Shown one piece after another: positions 38,889 to 52,200 of a stretch of 64,000 nucleotides of DNA (within the stretch, counting starts at the first letter, position 1; each line of letters begins with the position of its first letter). The stretch spans positions 66,320,672-66,384,671 of the forward strand of contig NC_068983.1 in assembly GCF_001194135.2 (NCBI RefSeq). The letters run 5' to 3'. The notes under the pieces are model-generated. The model searched no databases, had not been told where the DNA came from, and saw nothing but the letters and a program-made list of their open reading frames with translations. The position numbers and the translations under genes are program-made. This stretch comes from Octopus bimaculoides. Its lineage: Eukaryota.

Positions 38889-39025
38889 CAGGCATGGGCA
38901 TCCTTTTTCAAGAAGCGGGCCACATGAGACATGATTCATCACAAGGAGGGCTGCACTACTAAAAAGTTTCAAATAATTTTTTGTGCCATTTGTAAGTCCC
39001 ATAGACTGCTGTTTGCCCATAATTG
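38889..39025. mobile_element. hAT (MER1/Charlie-like) MITE, 137 bp
   Basis: Perfect 8-bp TSD ttctatag (38881-38888, 39026-39033); degenerate TIRs caggcatgggca / tgcccataattg. Confidence 0.8.
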
Positions 39026-39724
39026 TTCTATAGTTTCAACTGACCAATGAGTAATTTAAATTTATCTGGTTGTACCTTTACTGCAGACGAAGTCTAGTCT
39101 CATTTCTCTCTCAATAAATGTAAGAGTATTTTATGCAATCATTTACATCCATTATATAAAGACATACTAAAGTGGTGAACTGTCAAAATAATTAAATGAT
39201 CAGATAAATGCCCTGCAATATTGGTTCCAGTTCTTTACATTTTGAATTTAAATCCTGATGAAGTCAGCATTGCCTTTCATTCCAGTGGGGTCAGTAAAAT
39301 AAAGTAGTGGTTAAGTTTTTGAGTATATAGCATTGACCAACACCCTACCTTCAAAAATACTGGCCTTGTTGCTAAATTAGAAACTATTACATATTTATAC
39401 TTAGCCCTAAAATTGATATCAATTTAGTACATATTTTTTTATCAACCACTGATTGTTGAACTGCTGTGTTATAAGATATGAAAGGTCATGGCATAAACAA
39501 CACATTTTTCATGGCATAAACAAAGACACAGACATATGTGTATACAAGAGATTTCCACACAGTTTCTGTTTACTGGATTTCTCTAAGTTATTTTCATCAC
39601 AAGGCTTTAGTAGAAGTTGCCTAAGATGCAGTGCGACTGAATCTCAAATATTGTGATGGTGAAGCAAACATCTTAAATATGTAGCATTGCCTGCACTTAT
39701 TTCTGGGCTGCAGCTATCAACATT

Positions 39725-40505
39725 AGTCAATAAACGGTAGATCTGGAGAGATTTAAGATGTGCTAGATTAGAAGTAAGTACATGTGTGCTGTAGAAACAT
39801 GATGAAGAAAGCCTCAGCCAGAATTTTCATAGGAAAAGAAATCAAAAGCAGATTATTCTGGATAGGCTAAAGTTGTGGAGAAAGTTTATTGTTGGTAGAG
39901 AAATGGATTGATAAAGTAACTACATCACTGAATAACTAAGGTATGGGATGCTCTGGATAGCAAAGCAATGTCTCGATATGATTCAGGATGTCATTAGTAA
40001 TGAGGGTTTATATAAAGATAGTGTTACATTAACTATCACTGCTTTTGAGTGCCAATAGTATTGAGATGCTATTATGAGAGCTTACTGAATGAGGTGAATA
40101 GTTGGGAGAGAGAAAGAGATTACTCTAAGTCAGAGGGACCAACTGCTGCAATTGACAGTTATACAATTGAAATGGAAATAAAGGATATGAAGCCAGGAAA
40201 GGCTGCTTACAAGACCATCAGAGATAGTTGATGAGAAGTTGAAAATATCTGGTGAAGACACGAAATAGTCACTTGCATAATTAATAAGTTAACATGAGAA
40301 GAGGGGATCTTAATGATAACAGTTTAATCAACCGCTACAAAGTTAAAGATATGCTCTAGAGTGAAATCACTGGAGAAGGCATCAAAGTGATGGATCAAGT
40401 CACGGAAATTATAGGAAGAAAATAAGTTTAGATGAGATACAGTTTAGTTTTGTGTCTGGCTGGGACACTTCTTATGCTGTCTTTCTCATGAGACATTTAC
40501 AAGAG
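39725..40505 (+). pseudogene. Old RTE LINE ORF2 fragment (endonuclease remnant and RT start), left of the insertion
   Basis: YYESLLNEVNSW...SEGP...IKDMKPGKA and EIQFSFVSGWDTSYAVFLMRHLQEK (RTE QFGFxPGRGTxDAIFxxRxLQEK motif). Confidence 0.75.
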
Positions 40506-42645
40506 AAAGTAGTTGTATACTATCAACTTAATGTGACAGTCCCAATAAGGGTATCATACTACTGCTATTTAGCCCTAGGAAGCTGGACCGCTTCCTGTCT
40601 GCCTTGACACATTTCCTGTGTCCTCATGTTTACGAGGGGGAGACAAACACCTCCACCCAGCCTAGCCTGCATTCAGGGATATGTTTCTGAGTTTTTGCTT
40701 GTCATGAGCCTGAAGTAACATGACTAATTCTCTTTATTATAGGCATGTAGCCTGAGACAAAGAATGGACATTACAAGAACAGACAATACAAAACGTGAGG
40801 TACATATAAAGAATGATGAATTTGAAATGGTATATTTACAATGAAAAAGTGGAATGGCTTACGAGCCCCACCAAAGCTCGCAGTTTCATTTTACAGTTCT
40901 TTAAAACAGTTTATAATCAGTTTTCATTTGTGACGTGTTCTATCAAATCCTCTATTTCAATTACCTTGGGCAAATTCTTGTAACGAACATAAATCTTGCT
41001 TGCTTTGATCCACTCTTTGAACAACTCAAGTAGCCTTTCCACTCTCTCTGCTTCCACCAAAGCTGCTCTGTGACTTGAGTCGACCATGTCCGTTTCTAAC
41101 TTCATTCTTATCAAGCCTTTTGTTTTCGTTAATCTTTTTTCTATTTCCATATCTTTATTATAAAATATCAAAGTTCTTAAATTCTTTCCCGATGGTTGTC
41201 CTGTTTGCTTTACCTCAACTACTCTATTTTCTACTCTTCTCATCCATTCTCCAACTTTCGCTCTTTTAGCTTTATCTTCCTCTCTCCTTGCTGCTGACTC
41301 CAGTTCCTGCATTCGAATCTCTGTACTTTCTTCTGTTGTCTATTTTTCTTCTTTACCCGCTTTTCTCTTTTGGGGGCTTTTTGGTAGTGACTCCACCCTT
41401 GTTATTTTTCTATCTACCATTACTTCTTCCCTTCTCTCTTCCTCTTTTTCTTCCTCTCTCGCTGCGTCATTGCCTGTCTCCATCTCCTCGACCTGTAATT
41501 CTCCTAGGGGACACTTTGTTTGCATATGTCCCCTGCTTTTACATTTGTATCACACTGGTGGTCTCCCCTCCACCTCTCAGTCATGTTCCGTCGGGGAGCT
41601 CCAATTCTTCTGCTATGTTGTGCAGATCTGGCAGGGTTATATATATAAGTGCTTTTACATTAAAACCCCACCAGTTAATTTCTCGTGATTTTTCTACCTT
41701 TATCACTTCTACGGCATCTTTGCAGTTATAAATAATGGCTGTAACCAGCTATTCCGGGTCTATTTCAGGAGGTGCTCGCCCAATTCTCACACGTGTGGCT
41801 CTTCTTCCACAATAGGTTGGTAAAAGAGCCCACCTAGCCGTTCTTAAGGGTACAGTGGAGTGCTTTTTCACCTCTTCCTCACTCGTAAAGCGTACCTCCA
41901 CCGTACTGTACTTTCTACCACTGGCGTAAAATGTTGTTACCGACTTAACTTCGTTTAGGCACTGCTCTAATTCTTCCATCTCTGCTATTTCTATTTTCTT
42001 TGTTTCGACATTAAGTGTTCTATATATTATTATTTTCTTCTTCGCTCGCTCAAAAGCTTCTTTCGGAGGTGTTATTTTTAGAACATCTCCTTCCTTCTTG
42101 AATAAATTCTTATATTTTTCTAATTTTGTCTTTTCCACGTGTATTTCTGTCATTTGCATTCCATTGTCAGTCAAGCCTCTTCTGCTTGCTGCCACCTCCG
42201 TGTAAGTTCCTTCTTCCATACCCGACAAGGGCAGGAAAATAATTTCCAACAATAAATATTAACAATAATATTTTAACGACAATTCTTTAAACAATTTCAA
42301 CAAAACGCAAATCAAACAAACTCACCGTGTTGAACGCTTTCTTCTAACCAAAATCATAACACAACTCAAAAAAAACATTACTATTCAACTCGGCTGAAAT
42401 AGCATGACTAGCTGGCTGGAGATGCCTGTCAAGCTCTCGTAAACATATATATTTCCAGTGAAACACATTCACTGATTACAAAAATTAGAAATGATCTATT
42501 TCTAAATCTCACAGAGAGACTTAAGCAGCAGTGATATGATAAAGTAGTTGTATACTGTCAACTTAATGTGACAGTCCCAATAAGGGAATCATACTACTGC
42601 TATTTAGCCCTAGGAAGCTGGACCGCTTCCTGTCGGCCTTGACAC
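40506..42645 (-). mobile_element. ORF1/gag-only retroelement with 105-bp terminal direct repeats
   Basis: Repeats 40506-40610 and 42541-42645 are 102/105 identical; flanks aagag / cagag (5-bp TSD, 1 mismatch); host RTE frame rejoins across it (LQEK|FL); no RT/EN ORF inside. Confidence 0.8.
40917..42219 (-). pseudogene. Disrupted L1/Tx1-type ORF1 (RRM-like region, CCHC knuckle, charged C-terminus), ~434 codons
   Basis: MEEGTYTEVAA...RATRVRIGRAPPEIDPE*LVTAI...VEGRPPV*YKCKSRGHMQTKCP (CX2CX4HX4C at 41552-41511, first Cys now TGA); four premature stops (41749, 41581, 41550, 41340) and one frameshift near 41574. Confidence 0.8.
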
Positions 42646-42870
42646 CAGAGAAGTTCTTAGAAAAGAGCAACCCACAGTACTTCGCATTCATTGGCCAGGA
42701 GAATACATTTAATAGAATACCACACTCTGTAGTCTAGTGATTGCTGATAAATTTATATGTATATAAATGGCTTGTGAGAGTCATGCAAACCATGAATACA
42801 GATGCTCTTTGTTAGCAACAAGTTCAGCAAGGAATTTTTAACATGCAGGTAAATGTCTGTAAATGTCTAT
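42646..42870 (+). pseudogene. Continuation of the RTE RT fragment, right of the insertion
   Basis: EKFLEKSNPQYFAFIGQENTFNRIPHSVV...WLVRVMQTM corresponds to RTE EKxLxKxKPLYxAFVDLEKAFDRVP...WLVRxVQxMY. Confidence 0.75.
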
Positions 42871-44321
42871 CAGAACTCGGTTATCATTCTCCAATGAAGT
42901 TTCTCCAAGCTATAACAGAAGATTAACTGTTTTTGGTACCAACATACTTGATTCTGCCTTTGTTTCTATAATACAAACTTTCTGTGATAAAGTGATCTCC
43001 ATTAAAATCTTCCCTCCAAATTTTATGTCAATGTATATTCTAAACACCAGTTTAATAATGACAAAGTTTATTTATGAAATTCTTCATTATTTTAAAAATT
43101 AATTACTGGAAGGCAGTATATTTCAAAAGAAATATGTCAATAAAAGTGTTACATAATAAACAACACCTTCAGATATAGATGATCAACACCTTTTCATAAT
43201 TTAGAAAACAACTCATCGGCAAACATGTCCAACAATGCCTCCTGTTCCTACCTCTTCACTTCCTCCCCTTTTTTTTTAATATCTAATTTTATATACTGAA
43301 ATTCTGCTGCTTCTTCAGACTAAACTTTACTTATCTTATAAAGCCTATCTATAACTTGGGTCTGAAAGATCTTTGAACCTGCAATGCAAATATCATCAAC
43401 ATGAGTTGCAATGATACTAAGTAGTTTGTTTCCAAAATACTATGTAAATTGCCTCATCATATTATGAGGCTACTGCTCCTAACTTTGCTCATTTTTACTT
43501 GATAGATACCAAAATTTTCAAGCATCAGTCAAACCATGTACACATTTTAAAAGTTTCTATAATTAACCTGGAGGTGCAGTGGCCTCTTGAGGAGGATCTA
43601 AGTAAACTAATCTTCCTAATCACTTGTACTGTGAAAATGCAGTCTTCATACCCATTGATTTACATATGCAGCTGTAAGGTACCATAATTCCTAATATACA
43701 CCCATGTGCAAATGTGGGATGTTATAATTCCCAAGACTACATATAGACACATTTTGTACATGTAGGTGAGTCATTTCTGATATCATTAGCATCTCTATCT
43801 TGAAAGCCTCTGCCATGAATCTCACTTTACAAATTTGTTATCATTCAATACTCTATTTGCAGTAAATTCATCTTGTGGATATCTTTGGTTGACCTGCATA
43901 TAAATTTGATTTTCAAAATTCTAAGTTACTTTCACTTTACCTTGGCCAAGTGAAGAGAGAAGGAGGAGGGGAAGGCAGAGGATAGAAAGGTGGTGGTGGT
44001 GGTTTTAGTGGTGGTGGAGGAGGAGGAGGAGGAGGTTAGCAGATAGGAGGGATGATGATTCTTCTAAGGATAAGGTTCTGCCTTTGTGGAAGCAATTGTA
44101 GCTTCATCATTAGATGGGATCACCCTGAGGGGGAATTGTTTTTAAGATCATAGAACTGTGCATTTCTGAGGCTAGATGTGTGAGTGTAATTCCTCAGTTG
44201 TTCTGAGGCTGGTGAAGATCACTTCCAGCACACAGAGACATCCAAACATGTCTCTGTGTACTGTAGGTGATAATGTGTTTTTCTATGTGTATGTATGGGC
44301 TTGTGTATGTGTGTGTGTGTA

Positions 44322-44470
44322 TCTTATCTATAAAAGGCAGATTTTCTCTGTGAGTGTGTGTATGTTTAAAATTCATACATTTACACAATTCCAAATTTCT
44401 TGAATGAAAGAATCGCAATTAATATTCTAAATACCATAACTTAGGTCACAGCGTCATTTTTTCAGTCAAA
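44322..44470 (+). mobile_element. Possible truncated Helitron-like 5' end
   Basis: a|TCttatctataaaaggcagatt followed by a short (TG)n, like 20141; no 3' CTAG/hairpin found. Confidence 0.3.
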
Positions 44471-44703
44471 ATAACTCCCAATTATGAATAAAATCCATAA
44501 AACTACAAGGAGCCACACCACTGGAGACTACAGTGAAATCTGACAGGAAACTTCTGATGAGAAAAGATGTAACTGTTGGTGAGTAACTTTGGTGGGAAGT
44601 TCATTTGTCAGACATGCTTGAATTCTTTGAGGGTGTCAGGAGTAATAACACTACTTCCAGTGAAGTTTTCACTGGTTACACATTTGGGAGTCAGTCTCTG
44701 ATA

Positions 44704-45005
44704 TCATCATCATCATCATCATCGTTTAACGTCCGCTTTCCATGCTAGCATGGGTTGGACGATTTGACTGAGGACTGGTGAAACCGGATGGCAACACCAG
44801 GCTCCAGTCTGATTTGGCAGAGTTTCTACAGCTGGATGCCCTTCCTAACGCCAACCACTCAGAGAGTGTAGTGGGTGCTTTTACGTGTCACCCGCACGAA
44901 AACGGCCACGCTCGAAATGGTATCTTTTTATGTGCCACCCGCACAAGCCAGTCCAGGGGCACTGGCAACGATCTCGCTCGAAAATCCTACAGGAGCCAGT
45001 CAGGC

Positions 45006-45008
<3 letters not shown>
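44704..45008 (-). mobile_element. Young RTE 3' UTR copy
   Basis: (cat)n-cgtttaacgtccgctttccatgctagcatggg..., inverse homolog of 5470-5770. Confidence 0.88.
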
Positions 45009-45055
<47 letters not shown>

Positions 45056-45559
45056 ATATCAGCAAGCCCAACCATACTCTTATTCTTTTTATCCTCTAAT
45101 ATTACCAGGAATAGTTATTTGTATTAAAAGTTATCCCAGATTTCAAGGGGCTAAATAATTGCGACACACCACTTCATTTTGGTCTGAGGTTTGTCTGTTA
45201 CAAGTTTTACTCATGAGAAGATACTCAATCAGGCATAGTAAAAATAACAAACTACAAAGTAATTATGTGATGTCAATACTACTTATAGTGATAAACAGTA
45301 TACCACTGAGACACTTACAACTGTACACCACAATAGTGAAGATTATATGTTTGCTAAATGTACAATTCAGCTTCAGTGTTGAGACATATAATGCTCAATT
45401 TTTAGCCATTAGATTAACACTGCTGATGCAAACAGTTGTAATGCTGATCAATAGGTACATCTTATAAGAAAAGTTTTACTAGGGGAAGAAATAACCTACT
45501 TAAAATAGTAAATATAATGATGAATCCCACAATAGATTGTGTTGTAGAGTTGCAATTGA

Positions 45560-45692
45560 AGATCCCTGCACACGACCACCAGGGGCAGAGATGGCTATCC
45601 ACAAGTGTCAGCTCTGTGAGTCAGAGTGGCTGTTCCAGCACATCTCCTTCGCCATCTTTCAGGGCAAGACCTTCTCCATTTTGTCTGTGTGA
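45560..45692 (+). pseudogene. CRE-like (RLE-type) non-LTR retrotransposon C-terminal remnant
   Basis: MAIHKCQLCESEWLFQHISFAIFQGKTFSILSV* resembles the CRE terminal motif ExxWLFQRISxAIxRGNAxSIL. Confidence 0.55.
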
Positions 45693-48600
45693 CCATGATA
45701 TAGTTTGACAAGCCTTTTAAAATTTTTCTCTCCTCTGAGGTTATGTATGTATTCACCAATTTAATTCTTTGCACATTTACTCATGTTTAGACAGTTGAAG
45801 ATATTATTGTCATGGCTAAAATGATGTTTGATCTTACATCAACCTGTTCGATCAGGATCAACCTGGGATTAAACAGACAAGTTTTGGTCGCCAAGTTCCA
45901 GAGTGTTTGAAATCACTGCCATGCAAAGCACATTCTCATTTTTCAGCATTTAACAATTGTTTTAACAACTTCTTATGCAAGCAAACTGAAGATGATATAT
46001 TTTATACTTCCTTCACCTGAGGAATTCAGCTCAATATTGCAGTATTGTTTGTAAAATCATCATCAGCTTTAGAGTGCTTTCACTGTTATTAATAGCAAGC
46101 TATACCATAGTGATGTGCTTTTTATACATAAAGGGACGAGCTACTGAGTGCTGTCTTTAAATATGAAGACCATTATCATAATATGGATTATTAACCTTTT
46201 TGCTGGCTGTCTACCACCAAGTATAGATTTTTAAATGAGTAGATTATCATGCGCATGTTTAATAGATGCAAATAAATTTTAATATTAAATGTTGTCTATA
46301 AATTGATGGTAATGTTATATGCATGTATACACTATGAAAACTTCTCAGACTCAAGGATAGTTCTAATTGTTCCATATTTCAGTTGCAACTCCCTGATAGG
46401 TGAATTACATGAAATCGTATAAAAAAAACTATGATTAAATAGTATTTCCTTCCCAATACTACATTTAACCTTCTTCCCCAGACCATAATCTAATTTTCTA
46501 TTACTATACTGACAGACTTACACTAATCATTATTTTTGCCTAGCTTTTCATTGTTTTTTTTTCTTTCTTTTCCCTCCTGTTTCCAATTTTGATAACAAAA
46601 TACTGAACCATTGAAATTTCCCATGATATTTCTTTAAATCATGACAAATTTGTAGAAATTTTTTTAACCATTTATTTGATGTATCTTGTAGTTTTAAATC
46701 TTGACATATTACATTAACTCAAAATACAGATTGCTGAATAAAATTGTTCCAGTTTTTACATCTTTGTTATTGACAATTTCTGACATTTTTTTCTGCTGTA
46801 AAACTAAGTTATTTGTTAACAATCAAAAATCATTTTTTTTTTCAGTCTATTCCAATGGCTTTCAAGTCTTAAAAACCATATCCTCAATGTTGTTAGAATG
46901 ACATTTCTATCAATGCAGAATAAATAGATGAGAAACTTCAATAAATAATAATCATAATAATAATAATAATAATAATAATATAATGATGTTGATGATGTTG
47001 ATGATGATTTCTTGCGTGATGATTATGAGGTTAAATCATGCTAACAATGACAAAAGGAATTTCATGCATTGATGCAAGGCTTTACATTTATAGTGGAGAA
47101 ATACAATCAGTGAAATTGACTTCCAGTACTCGAGTAATAATTATTTTAGTAATACCAGAAAGATTAAAGGAAAAGTCCCACACACCCTCCTTTCCCCACC
47201 ACCACCAAGCAGGATTTGAAATCAGAACATAGAAGAATGTAAGCAAGTATTTATTTTCCAGAAATCCTGCTATTCACCACTTTACACAAATAATATTACT
47301 GATCTGTTGTTTATTGAACATGTGTTATACAATAGAGTTAAAAAACATGTGGGAATGTACATACACATATCAAATGATAGTGGTGAGGCTACAAAATATA
47401 ATGCAATATCTTGAAAGAGTCTACAAATTTAACAAACATAACTAAACAACTTACCCATTAAGAGGTGGAAACCTTCCACTGAGACACCTAGATAGATTCA
47501 GGATTATCTTAAGATTCTAACCATCTTCAACTCTAATCACCTTCTATAAACTGAATTCTTTGAAATTGCCTATCAACAACTTCAGCCTTAGTCAAGACAT
47601 GCACAGTTCATCTTTTTTGGGGTAGTCCTCTCTTGCCTGTTTACATCATGTATTTGTGCATGTTTGAGTATATGTACATACATATGTGTATATAGTCATT
47701 TACATGTAGGTGCATAGGTATATTTTGTTTGCGTGTGTATCTGTATATGAAAGACAAATTCTTTATATCTAGGTATATGTGTTTGTTTAGATACTTGTTT
47801 GTATATCTATATAAATGTCCTTGTATATAGATATATGTGCAAGTACTGCTCTGTGTGCTTGTATGTATAAGCTTACATACACAGGCACACAGCGAGTTTG
47901 AGAAAGCACATGGTCATGAGAGATAAAACCTTGTCTGAACATGAAAGATTCTACTGAGGTTTTCTATTGTTTTGGTTTTTGCTTATGTGGTGGCCAATTA
48001 TTGCAACACCCGTAATATACTAGAAATCACTGCAATTCATTTGCTAAAAGAGAAATTCAGCATGTTGATGTATTAGTTGTTCTTGTTCAAATTTTTTTTT
48101 TTTTTTTCATTTTATTCTTAAACATGTCAATGAAGAAATAAAATTATTGGAGGCAGGCTTGAAAATAGTGAACCTTACAGTTTAGACACAAAGAGAGATG
48201 CACTGTTCTAAACCTAATCAATCTTGTGAAGAAAGTAAAACAGATATCCACAGAAATATCTCTGATTTCTGCTATTATGGCTTTAACTTAACCAATCCGT
48301 CCTGAGCCTTCAACTCTCACCCATGACCTAGCTGTCATTATTTATAACAAATATTTCATATCCAGTTATCTGATAAGAACAGGGCTAAAATGTTAAATCT
48401 GAAAATTGCTGTGAAGTGAGTCTCAGAAATGAGATGACACATGTTCAAGGGAATCAATAATGAAGGTGCTACTGTTAATGAAGATAATCATGGTGCTGGG
48501 GGAATGGTGGTGGTGATGATAATATTTAACTGACCTATGGAAAAATTATTTCCAGCTTTGACTACTATCTCCTATTCAGACAAAATGTATTGAAGACTAC

Positions 48601-48994
48601 ATTATCCAAAATATTCTGTTTTCAAGATGATGGGCTCTGGTTTGAGAGATTTGACTATTATTTATAACAGGTTGCATAACCGCATAGAGACTCTCTCTTG
48701 ATATAATCTTCACTACTGCTCAACATCCCATTGAACTCAAACATCAAGCTTACATTCTTAAGACAATGATTGATAGAACCTATCACCATTTCGATCTGGT
48801 AGTGAGTGACAATCAGAAATATAAAAAGTCAACAGTTGAACACAAATATGCATGCACACATGCACACACACACATGCACACACACACATGCACACACACA
48901 CAGAGGTTTCCTTAATGGCCACCAGTGCAATTTCCATAAAATAAAATCCACTGGTGGCCTGGTCTTCTCTATTACCCACCTGTTAGCTCTTGAA

Positions 48995-49210
48995 AGAATT
49001 TGGGGAAAGCAGTGTTTTCATCCCCAACTGCTTGACGACTGGGTTTGGGTGTGTTTATGTCCCTGTAACTTAGCAGTTTGGCAAAAGAGACTGGTAAAAT
49101 AAATAGCCTCCAAGCTTTAAAAATAAGCCCTGAACTTGATTTGTTCAATTAAAGCAATGTCCTACCACAGCCACAGTCCAATAACTAAAACAAGTCAAAG
49201 ATAAAAGTAG
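48995..49210 (+). mobile_element. 3' half of CORE-type SINE
   Basis: tgcttgacgactgggtttgggtgtgtttatgtccctgtaacttagcagtttggcaaaagagactg. Confidence 0.75.
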
Positions 49211-49304
49211 AACAAGCAAGTGGTATGCAAATCTGCAGTTAAAATTACCTGCCTGCATACGACCACTATCTCTTATTTATAGGATTAGAAAGTTCCTATG
49301 AGAT

Positions 49305-50130
49305 AGCATTACTGCCATGTATGTTGAAGGAGCTCTTTATGACCATCATTCATTCAATCCTAGCATGACCCAAGGTTAGGATTTGGACCTTACTTTCTTC
49401 TTTCTATACATCACTAACTTACTTGATATCACATCCGACAACACCCACTCTTGTGCAGATAACATGATGCTTAATTCTCCATGATATGTTTTACCCATTT
49501 ACAATCAAGACATTAGACACTAAACACTAAACACAAATTGATTTTATTAACAGAGGTATCAAAAGCCTTCTTCTATAGGGGTATGTCAATTTTGATTCTT
49601 TTAACAGCAAGAAAATGTCAAATCCTACTCATACTGTGAAGACAACATCACACTATACCCATTAATTATGAGCAACACTCAGCTATAACCTTCGAAATTA
49701 CTCTAATTTTGGGATCTCACTGTCACCAAGGATCTCTTTTGGAGAAAGCAAATCATTAACAGCCCAATAATTATTAATACACTACAGAGCTCAGGTGGAA
49801 CCCCAATGAGGAATGATGCTACTGCTACACACACACACACACATTTTAGATTGCACCCAGTGAGGGGCCACTCTCTGTCTTTTCCACATTAATTTCAAGA
49901 ACATCTGCTCCTTAAGTCAGCTGAGCTAATGTCACCTCCATTCAAGCATTCTGATCTCACTCATTTCTCTTCCTTTTATCATCCAGGCCCTACTCTAACC
50001 ATTATACCCATTCCTTACTTTCCAGAATATCATCCCACTGGAATTCCCAGCTTGCTTACAAAGGAAACATTAATGGCATTATTCTTGCTAGTCTAGGAGG
50101 GTATGCAAATGCTGTGGATACTCCACCTTA
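49305..50130 (+). pseudogene. L2/CR1-group LINE RT fragment and decayed 3' end
   Basis: SMTQG*DLDLTFFFLYITNLLDITSDNTHSCADN corresponds to GVPQGSVLxPTLFLLYINDL...HxYADD. Confidence 0.7.
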
Positions 50131-51009
50131 CTCCTGACCCAACAAATGAAAAATTCATACATTATCTATCAACTAATTCTACTCATTAAGATATTGGTTG
50201 ACCAGTGTTGTAGCAGAAGACACTTGCTCTAGGTGCTGCACTGAGTAACTGAATCCATAATCATGTGGTTACAAAGAAAACTACTCAACTATGCAGCCAT
50301 ATTTGTACCTACACACACACATTCTGATTGACACTGATTAGAAATTAGGTGATAAAGTATACTAAATACCTGCTTTTACACAGATATGGATTGGATGAGT
50401 TTGCAAATTATTATTCAGAGAAAATTTAATCTAAATATGCAAACATATTTAGTAATGTTTAATCACTGTTGCCATTCTATTCTATGTCAGTAGTTTTAGC
50501 AATAACTTGTACTCAAAATAATTTATTGATGGAAGAGATGATAAATCTGTGGAATTATCTTTGTGTGACATTAGAGGTATCGATTTCATAAATGTTAAAT
50601 TTAAATACATTTAGTCAATGGAGCTACAATATTCCCTTGGAACAAAAATACATACTGATATTGAAATACTGTTACATTATCCTTTGTTAATAAAGACAAA
50701 GCAACTGGATAATTATTTACAGAGCTAATGTTAAATGTTATATGGAACTCAGAATATAAGTAAAGATCTATGTCATTTTTATTTTGTTCAATCTGTTTCT
50801 GCTGCAACTAGCAAGAATATTTGAAATAAGTTCACTGAATTTAATTTCATGTCCTGAAATATCTGAAGTTGTTATATGTAACCTAATGGCTATATGATTA
50901 AAGTATATTTTTGCTGACCAAATTGGTTAGAGTTCAGATCTCACTATTACTACTTGCTGTGCACCTGATTGAAGTATCTACCTGTGCTGGTTCCCATTTG
51001 TATAACTCT

Positions 51010-51240
51010 TTAAAACAAAGGGATAAAGCTCTTTCCCAAGTCATATAGATGCATATGGCTAGTTTTCTGATTCCATGGCATCTATACTCCCTTCCTAGAT
51101 GGGATGCTTGTGCAGTGCAGGATTATTTATTTTTGCTGACTGAGTGGACTGGAGCAACACATCGCTTGGTCCAGGTATCAAGACCATAATCTTACAATCA
51201 TGATCACAACACCCTAATCAGTAAGCTACATGCCTCCACT
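51010..51240 (-). mobile_element. Degenerate tRNA-headed SINE
   Basis: rc head gtggaggcatgtagcttactgattagggtg resembles the 8097 head; body shared with 54000-54266. Confidence 0.6.
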
Positions 51241-52011
51241 TTAAAACACAGGATTTACTCTTATTTCACATTCAAGCAGTAACAGTGTAATCCAACTGTT
51301 ATGACAATAAGTAAGCTTTCCAGAACTCAACACTCCACAATGACCAATGATTACATTACAGTATATGCATTCAACATGATAACTACATATGCCTCCAAAC
51401 AGTATAGCCCATAAAGCAACATAAATACAACTCTCATTCACAATTATATATAAAAGCAGAGGTAACTACAAAGATCCAGCTGTCCACTCATTCTGTATTT
51501 ACACAACCCTTTCAGATTTTCTTAAAACAATCATGCATACACATAATTTAACCATTCCTCAGATATAACTGCTCTGACAAGGAAACCTGTATATGATCAC
51601 TCAACCTGCCAAAAATAGTAGCCAAATTTTGATCAACCTGATCAAAATTTGATCCTGCTATCTTCCAAAAACCCACATAGGATAAGGTAATCTAGGATAA
51701 ACAATTTCTGCAATAAAGCAAAATGGTCAGAGTTTAAATGTCTTTAATCATGGACTGATAATTCAAGGATGAATTTGTACTAACCAACAATTTCATTAAC
51801 CTTATATCAAATGTATGAATGACTTTAAAAAAAAAAATACAGGCTGAATGTAGCCACCTACTAAATCCACCATTTTTCTCTTACTAGACATACCAAAGGC
51901 ATCACCTACACTTGCATAACTAAATGCTGAAAATGCATGACTACCTGGATCTGCAAAGAGTACTGATTGTAATTGCAACAAGCCTCAATTGTTGCTACCA
52001 CCAGTTATAAG

Positions 52012-52200
52012 CAGGGGCGTAGCTAGGGTAAATGGTGCCCAAGGCAAGCCTCAAAATTGCAAACACCCCCCGCCCAGCCAAAAAGTGCAAACTTGCTTAG
52101 AAATTGCTTAATTAGAAAATGATCTTGGTCAAAATTACGCCTCCATCAAAGTGGTGCCCAGAGCATGTGCCCTGCCTGCTCCACCCTAGCTATGCCCCTG
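52012..52200. mobile_element. hAT-type MITE, 189 bp
   Basis: TIRs caggggcgtagctagggt / accctagctatgcccctg (17/18); degenerate 8-bp flanks gttataag / cctataaa. Confidence 0.85.

Noticed and set aside
40626-42446. 11-bp inverted repeat atgtttacgag / ctcgtaaacat inside the ORF1-only element, considered as TIRs or a DIRS-like complementary region
   Set aside because: An 11-mer inverted match is roughly expected by chance in 2 kb; no TSD, and it does not coincide with the host-gene breakpoint.
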